Positions 28,360 to 38,251 of a DNA stretch of 64,000 bases are shown in pieces. Both the position numbers and the translations under genes were made by a program. The notes below the pieces were generated by a model. That model saw only the letters and a list, made by a program, of their open reading frames with translations, was not told where the DNA came from and did no database searches. Positions within the stretch are counted from its first letter, which is position 1. The number at the start of each line of letters is the position of its first letter. Location: assembly GCA_963787535.1 (NCBI GenBank), contig CAWBDB010000006.1:54944-118943 (forward strand), given 5' to 3'. Source of the stretch: an uncultured Solirubrobacterales bacterium (GTDB taxonomy: Bacteria > Actinomycetota > Thermoleophilia > Solirubrobacterales > Solirubrobacteraceae).

Positions 28360-28806
28360 ATGCCGCAGGCAGGCTTGGCAGGGAGCCCGCGCGACAACGC
28401 CCGCGTCCCCAATCACAGAGACGGCACCGCCGCTGCGGGCCGTCGCACCGTTGCTCACAGAGCTGGAGCCGCTGCGGGTGGTGGCACCGGCGCTCATCGG
28501 GGTGGAACGCCGGTAGCGGGCCGCAAGACGGTGACGATCACCGGCCGCGGCAGCGAACGCTACCGGCCGCCGCCGCGGCGGCGGCCTGCACGCCGACCGC
28601 ACGAGCGGATCGGATTTCGCCCCGACCGCGTGGCGATGTGGGCCGTGCTGCTCGGCCTGGTGATGGTGCTGGCGGCAGCCACGAGCTCACACGCGGCCGG
28701 AATTGTCGCCGTTCCCGCGCCGCTGCGCGAGGTTCACGTTCCCGCCCACGCGGCTCTCGTCGCCCGCGCTCCGCATCTGGAGCGTCGTCACGCCGGCGAG
28801 AGCTAA
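28360..28806 (+). CDS. Riboswitch-controlled hypothetical protein: basic low-complexity N-terminus plus one hydrophobic helix
   Basis: AAAGAGGA RBS; RPDRVAMWAVLLGLVMVLAAATSSHA segment; no recognizable enzyme domain. Confidence 0.6.
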   Translation: MPQAGLAGSPRDNARVPNHRDGTAAAGRRTVAHRAGAAAGGGTGAHRGGTPVAGRKTVTITGRGSERYRPPPRRRPARRPHERIGFRPDRVAMWAVLLGLVMVLAAATSSHAAGIVAVPAPLREVHVPAHAALVARAPHLERRHAGES

Positions 28807-29125
28807 GCCGGACAGCGCCCTGGCCAGATCCCGGGGGCCCGGGTAAGGACCTGTGGCCCCGCCGAAGACGACCCGTGGCCGCGGTTGGCCACCCCCTCAC
28901 TGGGTCCCGATGATCAGCCCGTCGGGACGCGCACCACGACCTAACTGCCGGTGCGCTTACGCACTTAACCTACGCCGGTGATCGGCCGTTTATCGCCACA
29001 CGTATAAGGGGAAGAGGCGTTGGCGGCCGCGGCGGAAGACACCGACCAGATCCGCTCGATGCCGCCCGAGGATTCGCCGGCGTAGGTGTCTGCGATTCCT
29101 TGCGCAATCCAAATCAGCGAGATAG

Positions 29126-29142
29126 ACTTATCAACTGTAAGT
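29126..29142. promoter_or_regulatory. HxlR/YodB-type operator candidate
   Basis: ACTTA-N7-TAAGT palindrome in an AT-rich promoter upstream of the CMD-HxlR pair. Confidence 0.5.
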
Positions 29143-29218
29143 AGGTCTCGAAAGTGAAGGGGAAGCCGGTGGGCCTCCCCATGTGAACGGACCCAGGTGG
29201 TCACTGATGAAGAACTCA

Positions 29219-29767
29219 ATGAGCAGGTTTCAGATCCACGACGACCTGACGGCACCAGGAGGCTCGACTCCGGTACTGCGTGGGGCGCTGGCCAGCGGCG
29301 GGCAGCTGCCCAACTTCCTCGGCGTGCTCGCGGGCTCGCCGGCGGCGCTGCGCGCTTATGCGCGGTTCCGCTCCGAGCTCCGTCACGGAAAGCTGGCCTT
29401 GGCCACCCTGGAGCGGATCGCCCTTGCGGTCGCCGAGCACTACCGCTCCGAGCCCGGCATCGCCATGCACTCGCGCGCGGCGCGAGGCGCTGGTCTGGCT
29501 CTGGACGAGGTTGCCGCAGCCCGGCAGTTCACCTCCAAGGACGTGCGCGAGGCGGCGCTGCTGCGCTACCTGCGGGCGGTGGTTGAGGAAGGTCGTCCCC
29601 CGATCCATCTCCACGAGGAGGCGCGCGAGGCCGGTTGGGACGACGAGCAGATTCTCGAGGCGATCGCCGCGGTTGCCCTCGAGGCTTTTACCGCGATGGT
29701 GAACGTCGCCGGAGAGGTGCCGGTCGACGGCTCCAGCGAGCAGTCGCGGGCGCTGCAAGCAGCGTAA
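29219..29767 (+). CDS. Carboxymuconolactone decarboxylase/AhpD-like protein (no cysteines)
   Basis: LPNFLGVLAGSPAAL..Y, LERIALAVAE, H..AARGAGL, GWDDEQILE. Confidence 0.8.
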   Translation: MSRFQIHDDLTAPGGSTPVLRGALASGGQLPNFLGVLAGSPAALRAYARFRSELRHGKLALATLERIALAVAEHYRSEPGIAMHSRAARGAGLALDEVAAARQFTSKDVREAALLRYLRAVVEEGRPPIHLHEEAREAGWDDEQILEAIAAVALEAFTAMVNVAGEVPVDGSSEQSRALQAA

Positions 29768-29782
29768 GCTGCGGGCAGGCTG

Positions 29783-30157
29783 ATGAGCGCTCAGCGAACG
29801 GAAGCTAGCGACAGTGCAGTGCGAGGCGGCGGGTGCTGCCCGCTCTACCACGAGGCGGTCGAGCTGGTCGGGCGTCGCTGGACTGGTGCCATCCTCCGCG
29901 TCCTGATGGATGGGCCGCTGCGGTTCTCGGAGATCGCCCAGGCGATACCAGAGCTCTCCGACCGTCTGCTGTCGGAGCGGATGAAGGAGCTCGAGGCGCG
30001 GGGGATCGTCGAGCGCCGAGTGATCTCCGGGCCGCCGCTGCGGGTGGAGTACGCGCTCTCGCGCATGGGGCGGGAGCTGGAGCCGGCGCTTTCCGAGCTG
30101 CAACGCTGGGCCAAGCGCTGGCTCGCGCAACGGATCTCCGCCGACACCTCCCGATAG
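29783..30157 (+). CDS. HxlR/DUF24-family winged-helix regulator
   Basis: CCP..AVELVGRRWTGAIL, LRFSEI, LSERMKELE..GIVER, VEYALS. Confidence 0.9.
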   Translation: MSAQRTEASDSAVRGGGCCPLYHEAVELVGRRWTGAILRVLMDGPLRFSEIAQAIPELSDRLLSERMKELEARGIVERRVISGPPLRVEYALSRMGRELEPALSELQRWAKRWLAQRISADTSR

Positions 30158-30229
30158 CTCAGGCCCTCCAGCGCGCCGCCGGCTGTCCGGTCTCGATTGG
30201 CCTACGGACAAAGTAACGTTCCGCGCGCC

Positions 30230-31573
30230 ATGAGTCAGGATGCCGCCCCGAGCACTCCGCAGGAGGTGATCTCGCTTGCCGCCGAGCGGGAGATCCGCTT
30301 CATCCGCTTGTGGTTCACCGACATCCTCGGTCAGCTCAAGGCGTTCTCGATCAACGCCAAGGAGCTCGCCGACGCGTTCGAGGGCGGAATGGGCTTCGAC
30401 GGCTCCTCGATCACCGGCTTCAACCCGATCGAGGAATCCGACATGATCGCGATGCCGGACCCGACAACCTTCCGGATTCTGCCATGGCGTCCGTCCGAGC
30501 AAGGGGTGGCGCGGATGTTCTGCGACATCCAGACGCCTGAGCGGACGCCGTACGAGGGCGACCCGCGCTACATCCTGCGGCGGGCGATCGAGCGTGCCCA
30601 CTCGATGGGCTTCGATCACTTCTTCCTCGGGCCGGAGCTGGAGTATTTCTACTTTCGTGACGCCAAGTCGACCGAGGTGCTCGACGAGGGCGGCTACTTC
30701 GATCTGACCACCCTCGACGCCGGATCGGACCTTCGCCGCGAGACCGTGCTGGCCCTGGAGCAGCTAGGGATCCAGACCGAGTACACCCACCACGAAGTCG
30801 GTCCGAGCCAGCACGAGATCGACATGCGCTACGCCGATGCGCTGAAGATGGCCGACGACTGCATGACCTACCGGATCACGGTCAAGGAGTACGCGATGAA
30901 GTACGGGCTTTACGCGACGTTCATGCCCAAGCCGCTGTTCGGCAAGAACGGCTCCGGGATGCATACCCATCAGTCGCTGTTCCGTGCCGAACGCAACGCG
31001 TTCTTCGATCCCGAGGATCAGTACTTCCTCTCCGAGGTCGGCAAGGCGTTCATCGCCGGGCAGCTGCGTCACGCGCGTGAGATCTGCTCGATCTTCGCCC
31101 AGTGGGTGAACTCCTATAAGCGGTTGGTGCCCGGTTATGAGGCGCCGGTCTACGTCGCCTGGTCACGACGCAACCGCTCGGCCCTGGTCCGCGTCCCCCT
31201 CTACCACCCGGGAAAGGAGCAGACCACGCGGATGGAGCTGCGCTGCCCCGATCCGGCCTGCAACCCATACCTCACCTTCGCTGTGCTGCTCCAGGCCGGC
31301 TTGGAGGGGATCGAGCACGGCTACGAGCTGCCCGAGGCGATGGAGAAGAACCTCTACCACCTGTCCCCTGAGGAGCGGCGGCGGCTGGGCATCGAGCAGC
31401 TGCCGGAAACCCTCGGGGAGGCAATCGAGCTCACCGCCCAGTCCGAGCTGGTGCTGCGGACCCTGGGCGAGCACACCTTCAACCGCTACGTGGAGATCAA
31501 GCGCCAGGAGTGGGAGGACTATCGCGTCCAGGTCACGCCCTGGGAGCTCGAGCGTTACCTGCCGGTCCTGTAG
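30230..31573 (+). CDS. glnA: Glutamine synthetase type I (alpha)
   Basis: FDGSSI, EESDM, HHEVGPSQHEI, TFMPKP...NGSGMH, KRLVPGYEAP, NRSALVRVP, ELRCPDPACNPY. Confidence 0.95.
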   Translation: MSQDAAPSTPQEVISLAAEREIRFIRLWFTDILGQLKAFSINAKELADAFEGGMGFDGSSITGFNPIEESDMIAMPDPTTFRILPWRPSEQGVARMFCDIQTPERTPYEGDPRYILRRAIERAHSMGFDHFFLGPELEYFYFRDAKSTEVLDEGGYFDLTTLDAGSDLRRETVLALEQLGIQTEYTHHEVGPSQHEIDMRYADALKMADDCMTYRITVKEYAMKYGLYATFMPKPLFGKNGSGMHTHQSLFRAERNAFFDPEDQYFLSEVGKAFIAGQLRHAREICSIFAQWVNSYKRLVPGYEAPVYVAWSRRNRSALVRVPLYHPGKEQTTRMELRCPDPACNPYLTFAVLLQAGLEGIEHGYELPEAMEKNLYHLSPEERRRLGIEQLPETLGEAIELTAQSELVLRTLGEHTFNRYVEIKRQEWEDYRVQVTPWELERYLPVL

Positions 31574-31666
31574 GGGCCAGGCTCGCGCGGGAGGTGGGGG
31601 TGGGCCCCTAGCCGCCGGGTCGGATCGTTGGGGTCTTCGTCCGCGCCCGGCTGGAGCGGCTGGCGG

Positions 31667-33622
<1,956 letters not shown>

Positions 33623-33695
33623 TCGCCGATCAGCCTACCCGCGGCGGGGGTGGCGAATACTCTTGCCCCTGACAAACCGAGATGGAGGAGAACCA

Positions 33696-34082
33696 TTGAC
33701 ACGCGAGTCCGTCACCGCGCCAGGTGCGCCTGCAGCCGTCGGCCCCTACGTCCATGCCGTCCGCGCCGGCGAGCTGCTGTTCTGCTCGGGTCAGGTGGGT
33801 CTCGATCCCAAGACCGGTGAGCTGGCTGGAATCACCGCCACCGAGCAGACCGGCCGGTGCCTGGAGAACCTGGCTGCCGTCTGCGACGCGGCGGGTACAA
33901 CGCTCGGCCAAGCCGTGCGCCTGACCGTCTACCTGACCGACATCGGCGACTTTCACGAGGTCAACGAGGTGTATGCCTCGTTCTTCGAATCCGATCCACC
34001 GGCCCGAGTAGCGGTCGGCGTCGCCGCGCTTCCTCTCGGGGCCAGGGTCGAGATCGACGCGGTGGTCGCCCTGCCCGATTGA
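33696..34082 (+). CDS. RidA/YjgF-family imine deaminase
   Basis: AP.AVGPY..AV, SGQ, PPARVAVGV..LP...VEID; TTG 33696 after GGAGGAG RBS. Confidence 0.9.
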   Translation: MTRESVTAPGAPAAVGPYVHAVRAGELLFCSGQVGLDPKTGELAGITATEQTGRCLENLAAVCDAAGTTLGQAVRLTVYLTDIGDFHEVNEVYASFFESDPPARVAVGVAALPLGARVEIDAVVALPD

Positions 34083-34098
34083 GCCCGCCGCGCGGCGG

Positions 34099-34851
34099 TC
34101 ACGCGATGGCGGCGCTACGCGGCCGCTGATGCTCGCGCGCCTGCTCCACCACCGCCCCGATTACGCGACTCTGCTCGTCTGCTTCCGGGTGCCACTGGAC
34201 CCCGAGAACGAATCGCCGCCCCGGTGCCTCGATCGCCTCGACCAGGTCATCAAGCACCGAGGTTCCGGTCACCGTCATGCCCGAGCCGAGCTGATCCACC
34301 GCCTGATGATGATGGGACTTTGTCGTATGCACCTCTTCTCCGGCCGCGCGTGCGGCCAGCGAGTCCGGGACCAGCTGGACGTCGTGGTCGGCGCCTTCGA
34401 AGCTCCCCAGCCGCCGCCGGTGCTCGTTGTTGCCGACGACGTCGGGAACGTGCTGGTGCAGCGTTCCTCCCAAGGCAACGTTGATCAGCTGCATACCCCG
34501 GCAGATTCCGAGCACCGGCATGTCGAGCTCGATCGCCCGGCGGGCGAGGGCGATCTCCGCGTGATCGCGCGCCGGCACCGTCCCATGGGTCTCGGCGTGC
34601 TTGGCCTTCCCGTAGCAGGAGGGGTCGATGTCCGCGCCTCCGGCCAGGATCAGCGCGTCGATCCGATCGAGCACGTCGTCGGGCGAGTCCACGAGGTACG
34701 GGTCCGGGGGGATCATCAGCGCCAGTCCTCCCGCCCGGGCGATCGCGGTGAGATAGCTGTAGGACAGCAGCGCCGCCTCTTGGTCCCAGGCTGCCCAGCG
34801 GGCCCGCTCCAGTGCCGCGCAGATGCCGATCAGCGGTCGACGCTCGCTCAC
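34099..34851 (-). CDS. Gamma-glutamyl-gamma-aminobutyrate hydrolase family (peptidase C26, PuuD-like)
   Basis: ILAGGADIDP..YG, LGICRGMQ nucleophile, SHHHQA, GVQWHPE. Confidence 0.9.
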   Translation of the reverse strand: MSERRPLIGICAALERARWAAWDQEAALLSYSYLTAIARAGGLALMIPPDPYLVDSPDDVLDRIDALILAGGADIDPSCYGKAKHAETHGTVPARDHAEIALARRAIELDMPVLGICRGMQLINVALGGTLHQHVPDVVGNNEHRRRLGSFEGADHDVQLVPDSLAARAAGEEVHTTKSHHHQAVDQLGSGMTVTGTSVLDDLVEAIEAPGRRFVLGVQWHPEADEQSRVIGAVVEQAREHQRPRSAAIA

Positions 34852-34861
34852 GCCCTCCAGG

Positions 34862-36307
34862 CTAGCGGGACGCGTCGCGCAGGCTCGCGCGGCGAACCTT
34901 GCCGCTCTCGGTCTTGGGCAGATCCTCGCTGAAGTCGACGATCCGCGGGTACTTGTACGGCGCCGTCTGTCCTTTCACGTGTTCCTGAAGCTCACCGGCG
35001 AGCTGCTCGCCCGGATGAAATCCCTCCCTGAGCACCACCACCGCGCGGACTACCGCACCGCGTTCCTCATCGGGCGCGGCGACAACCGCTGCCTCGGCCA
35101 CGGCCGGGTGGGTGACGAGTGCCGACTCGACCTCGAACGGTCCGATCCGGTATCCGGCGGAGATGATCACGTCGTCAGCGCGACCTTCGAAGTACAGGTA
35201 GCCGTCCTCGTCGGCGCGGACGCGATCGCCGGTGCGCCAGGGGACGTCCTCCGGCGCCGGGCCGCCGCCGAGGTAGCCGACGAAGAACGTGGGGTCGCTT
35301 CCCGGATCGGTCAGCACCAGCTCCTCATCCCGAACCTCCAGCCGTACGCCCGGGAGGGGGCGCCCCATCGAACCCGGACGCACCGGCTGCCCCACAGGCG
35401 CGCCCGTGAGCTGTCCGGTCTCGGTCTGTCCGTAGCCGTCGCGGATCTCCAGCCCGGTGGCGTCGCCGAACACTCGCAGCACCTCCGGGTTGAGCGCCTC
35501 ACCGGCCGCGACCATGCCCCGAAGCGCGGGCAGCGGCGGGATCTCCGTCCGCTTGGCAATCACCCGGTACTCGGTTGGGGCCATGCACAGCACTCCCACC
35601 CGCTCCCGCAGGAGGATCTCCACCCGCTCGTGGGGATCAAAGCGTCCGTCATGCAGCAGGGCCGCGGCGCCCCGCAGCCACGGCGCGATGAACGCGTTGC
35701 GCGCCGACTTGGACCAGCCGCTGGCCGCCGTGCACCACACCAGTTCCTCCGCGCCCGCGTCCAGCCACCGCTCGGCTTGCAGTCGCTGACCGGGTAGGTA
35801 GCGTTGACCATGAACGATGCCCCGGGGCTCGCCGGTAGTCCCGCTGGTGAAGGTGATCAAGCAAGGATCGATGCCCTCCAGCTCGATCGCGGGGGCGGGC
35901 TCAGCGCTGAACAGCGACTCGTCGGGGATCGTCAGCACCGTGGCCGAGGGCCCGGCCGCGGCCAGCTCGGCCGCGTTGCGCTCGTCGGCGACGATGAGCT
36001 TGGGCTCGGCGGCGTTTAGCCGGAATCGCAGGTCCTTGGCCCGCAGCTGCTCGTTGCACGGCAGCACCACCGCCCCGATCCGAAAGCAGGCCACCATCGT
36101 CAGCACCCACTCCGGGCGGTTGCCGATCAACGTCATCACGACGTCGCCGCGGGCCACGCCCGCCCGGGTCAGCGTTCCCGACAGCGCGGCGCTGCGGCTG
36201 GCCACTTCGCCGAAGGACCACTCGCGCCGGCTTCCGTCCCGGGCCAGCTCCACCAGCGCGCGTCGCGTCGCTGGCGCCTGCTGGACGACGTCGCGGGCGA
36301 AGTTCAT
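34862..36307 (-). CDS. Acyl-CoA synthetase (AMP-binding, medium-chain type)
   Basis: FTSGTTGEPRG, DGYGQTE, TGD, GYRIGPFEVES, APYKYPR. Confidence 0.9.
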   Translation of the reverse strand: MNFARDVVQQAPATRRALVELARDGSRREWSFGEVASRSAALSGTLTRAGVARGDVVMTLIGNRPEWVLTMVACFRIGAVVLPCNEQLRAKDLRFRLNAAEPKLIVADERNAAELAAAGPSATVLTIPDESLFSAEPAPAIELEGIDPCLITFTSGTTGEPRGIVHGQRYLPGQRLQAERWLDAGAEELVWCTAASGWSKSARNAFIAPWLRGAAALLHDGRFDPHERVEILLRERVGVLCMAPTEYRVIAKRTEIPPLPALRGMVAAGEALNPEVLRVFGDATGLEIRDGYGQTETGQLTGAPVGQPVRPGSMGRPLPGVRLEVRDEELVLTDPGSDPTFFVGYLGGGPAPEDVPWRTGDRVRADEDGYLYFEGRADDVIISAGYRIGPFEVESALVTHPAVAEAAVVAAPDEERGAVVRAVVVLREGFHPGEQLAGELQEHVKGQTAPYKYPRIVDFSEDLPKTESGKVRRASLRDASR

Positions 36308-36321
36308 GGCGGTCGGGCAGT

Positions 36322-36720
36322 GTGGCAGGATCGCCGTCGGTGACGTTCTGGAACGGAGTGCTGTGGCTGCACCTGCTGGCGATGGCCTTCTTCGTCGGCG
36401 GTCAGCTGATGCTGGGTCTGGTGGTCGTGCCCGTGCTCCGCGGCGTCTCCGACGACCGGGCGGCGCTGCGCGCGGCCGCGCGGCGTTACGGGTGGGGGAC
36501 GGTGGCCGCCGTCCTGGTCCTGGTCATCACCGGCGTGGCGATGGCCGCCCATTTTCATCGCTGGAACGACTCGACGCTGCAGGTCAAGCTGGGGCTCGTC
36601 GTGCTCGTGGGCCTGCTGATCGGAGCGCACATGCGGCGGCCTGAGTGGCACGTGGTCGACGGGATGATTCTGCTCGTGTCGCTGGCGATCGTGTGGCTGG
36701 GCATCGTCGTCGCCGGCTGA
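36322..36720 (+). CDS. Small 4-TM membrane protein (CopD/DUF4149-like)
   Basis: WLHLLAMAFFVGGQL..., VKLGLV..HM; four hydrophobic segments. Confidence 0.6.
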   Translation: MAGSPSVTFWNGVLWLHLLAMAFFVGGQLMLGLVVVPVLRGVSDDRAALRAAARRYGWGTVAAVLVLVITGVAMAAHFHRWNDSTLQVKLGLVVLVGLLIGAHMRRPEWHVVDGMILLVSLAIVWLGIVVAG

Positions 36721-36790
36721 GCCGAGACCAGGACGGGTAACCCTGGGAAGCGGCTGAGCCCGGACCGCGAACCCGGTAACCTGGGGGGAA

Positions 36791-37177
36791 GTGCCAGTCC
36801 GTCCGCGTTCGTTTCACCGCATCGACACCGAGCCCACCGGGCAGCGGATCCGCGTTTGCGTGCACGGCGAGGTGCTGGCCGAGAGCGATGATGCGGTGAC
36901 GCTGCTGGAGTCCGGCCTTCCGCCGCGCTGGTACTTGCCACGCGAGGATGTGCGCGCCGAGCTGCTGGACAGCGACACTCACACCAAGTGCCCCTTCAAG
37001 GGCCAGGCGAGCTACCACTCGGTGAAGCTCGCCGATGGCGAGATCGTGAAGGATCTCGTCTGGTACTACCCCGAGCCGATCCCCGAGGCCGGCGACATCG
37101 CCGGGCGCCTGTGCTTCTACAGCGAGCGCGTGGAGATCGAGCTCGACGGGGAGCCTGTGCCGGGCGCATCCGCCTGA
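36791..37177 (+). CDS. DUF427 domain protein
   Basis: ETGL-like ESGLPPRWYLPREDV, T.CPFKGQASY, WYY..P, CFYSER. Confidence 0.85.
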   Translation: MPVRPRSFHRIDTEPTGQRIRVCVHGEVLAESDDAVTLLESGLPPRWYLPREDVRAELLDSDTHTKCPFKGQASYHSVKLADGEIVKDLVWYYPEPIPEAGDIAGRLCFYSERVEIELDGEPVPGASA

Positions 37178-38082
37178 GCGCCGCGTCGGCGCTGAGCGAC
37201 CAGGATCCTCTCCAGCCGCCTCGCCTCCTGCTGTGGCCGGCGTTGAAGGCGCTGCCAGGTGAGCCGCACGGTGGCGATTCCCGTCGCCAGGGCATCCGCG
37301 TCGCGGCCTCGGTCACGCTCGAAGGCCTGGCGGCTGTTGTGGAAGTCCCAGCCGTCGAGCTCCACGATCAGCCGCTCGGCCTGGAAATAGGCGTCGACCT
37401 CGTAGCCGCCGACGACGGTGTTGACCTGGGGGCGGGGGAGATCAAAGCGCGCGCACAAGTCCAGGAAGCCGTCCTCGAGCTCGGAGCGAGTGGGGCCATC
37501 GAGCTGCTCGGTGAACGCGCGGAGGCTCGCCGCACCTGGATGTGGCCGGCAGCGCTGCAGCAGCTCGGCCAGCTGCTCGCTGCGTAACGCTCCTGAGCGC
37601 AGCGCGTCGTTGACGGCGCGGACGCGGGCGGGCCCGGTCAGCCGCGGCGCACAGTCGAGCAGCGTCCGGGCGGGGCTGGTCACCTGGATGCCGTGCCGGC
37701 GGCGAATGTCTCGTTGGCGCAGCGTCCGGGATTGGTGCACGAGGATGCCCTTGGGCCGTCGATCGTGGATCACCGTCACCTCCATCACGCGCGGCCACCC
37801 GTTGTGCCGCCAACCCCACAGGGCCAGCGCTGAGGCCTGGGAGAGCATCGCCCCAGGACCGCCTGCGAGCACCGCCGCGGCCGCGCGCTCCAACGCGGTG
37901 GCAGCGGGCGTGCCGAGGGCGTATACGCCGGCATGGACGCGGTGAAGGCGGCCGCTGCGGACTCGGTAGGCGATCGCTGCCGGCCCCAGTCCCAGCTCCA
38001 GCAGCTGCTGCCTGGTCACGTTGCCGTGCTGACGAGCGGCAATCGCGACGACCGGATCGGGCCGTTGGGCATTTGTGGCCAT
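37117..38082 (-). CDS. AbiEi-like N-terminal domain + DUF559 (Vsr-like) endonuclease-domain protein
   Basis: AARQHGNVTRQQL..G, LHRVHAGVY, TSPARTLLD, SELE..F, EVD...LIVELDGWDFH..FERDRGRD, VRLTW. Confidence 0.85.
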   Translation of the reverse strand: MATNAQRPDPVVAIAARQHGNVTRQQLLELGLGPAAIAYRVRSGRLHRVHAGVYALGTPAATALERAAAAVLAGGPGAMLSQASALALWGWRHNGWPRVMEVTVIHDRRPKGILVHQSRTLRQRDIRRRHGIQVTSPARTLLDCAPRLTGPARVRAVNDALRSGALRSEQLAELLQRCRPHPGAASLRAFTEQLDGPTRSELEDGFLDLCARFDLPRPQVNTVVGGYEVDAYFQAERLIVELDGWDFHNSRQAFERDRGRDADALATGIATVRLTWQRLQRRPQQEARRLERILVAQRRRGAQADAPGTGSPSSSISTRSL

Positions 38083-38126
38083 ATTGACAACAGATCTCCA
38101 AGGGCAGTGCGATCCACCCCCGCGCG

Positions 38127-38227
38127 GGGCCGACCGTCACACACCTCGGGCGGAACGTCACACACCTCGGGCCGACCGTCACACACCTCGGGCCGACCGT
38201 CACACACCTCGGGCCGAACGTCACACA
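38127..38227. repeat. 21-bp tandem repeat, 4.8 copies (GGGCCGACCGTCACACACCTC)
   Basis: Units start at 38127, 38148, 38169, 38190, 38211; units 1, 3 and 4 identical, units 2 and 5 carry GAACG; no spacers. Confidence 0.95.
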
Positions 38228-38251
38228 GTGGTGACAGGTATCCTCGAACCC

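Noticed and set aside
29155-29215. Cobalamin riboswitch (GGGAAGCCGGTG start)
   Set aside because: Downstream conserved elements (AATCC, GCCCCCGCNACTGT, AGNCAG) are absent.
28965-29255. 96-aa minus-strand ORF in the intergenic region
   Set aside because: Atypical codon usage, overlaps the CMD promoter and start, no recognisable motif or RBS.
36735-36790. Duplicated GGTAACC(C)TGGG motif upstream of the DUF427 gene
   Set aside because: Could be a SigB/SigF-type -10 element, but no matching -35 was identified.
38127-38227. Repeat array as a CRISPR
   Set aside because: Units are directly adjacent with no unique spacers, are only 21 bp, and no cas genes are present.
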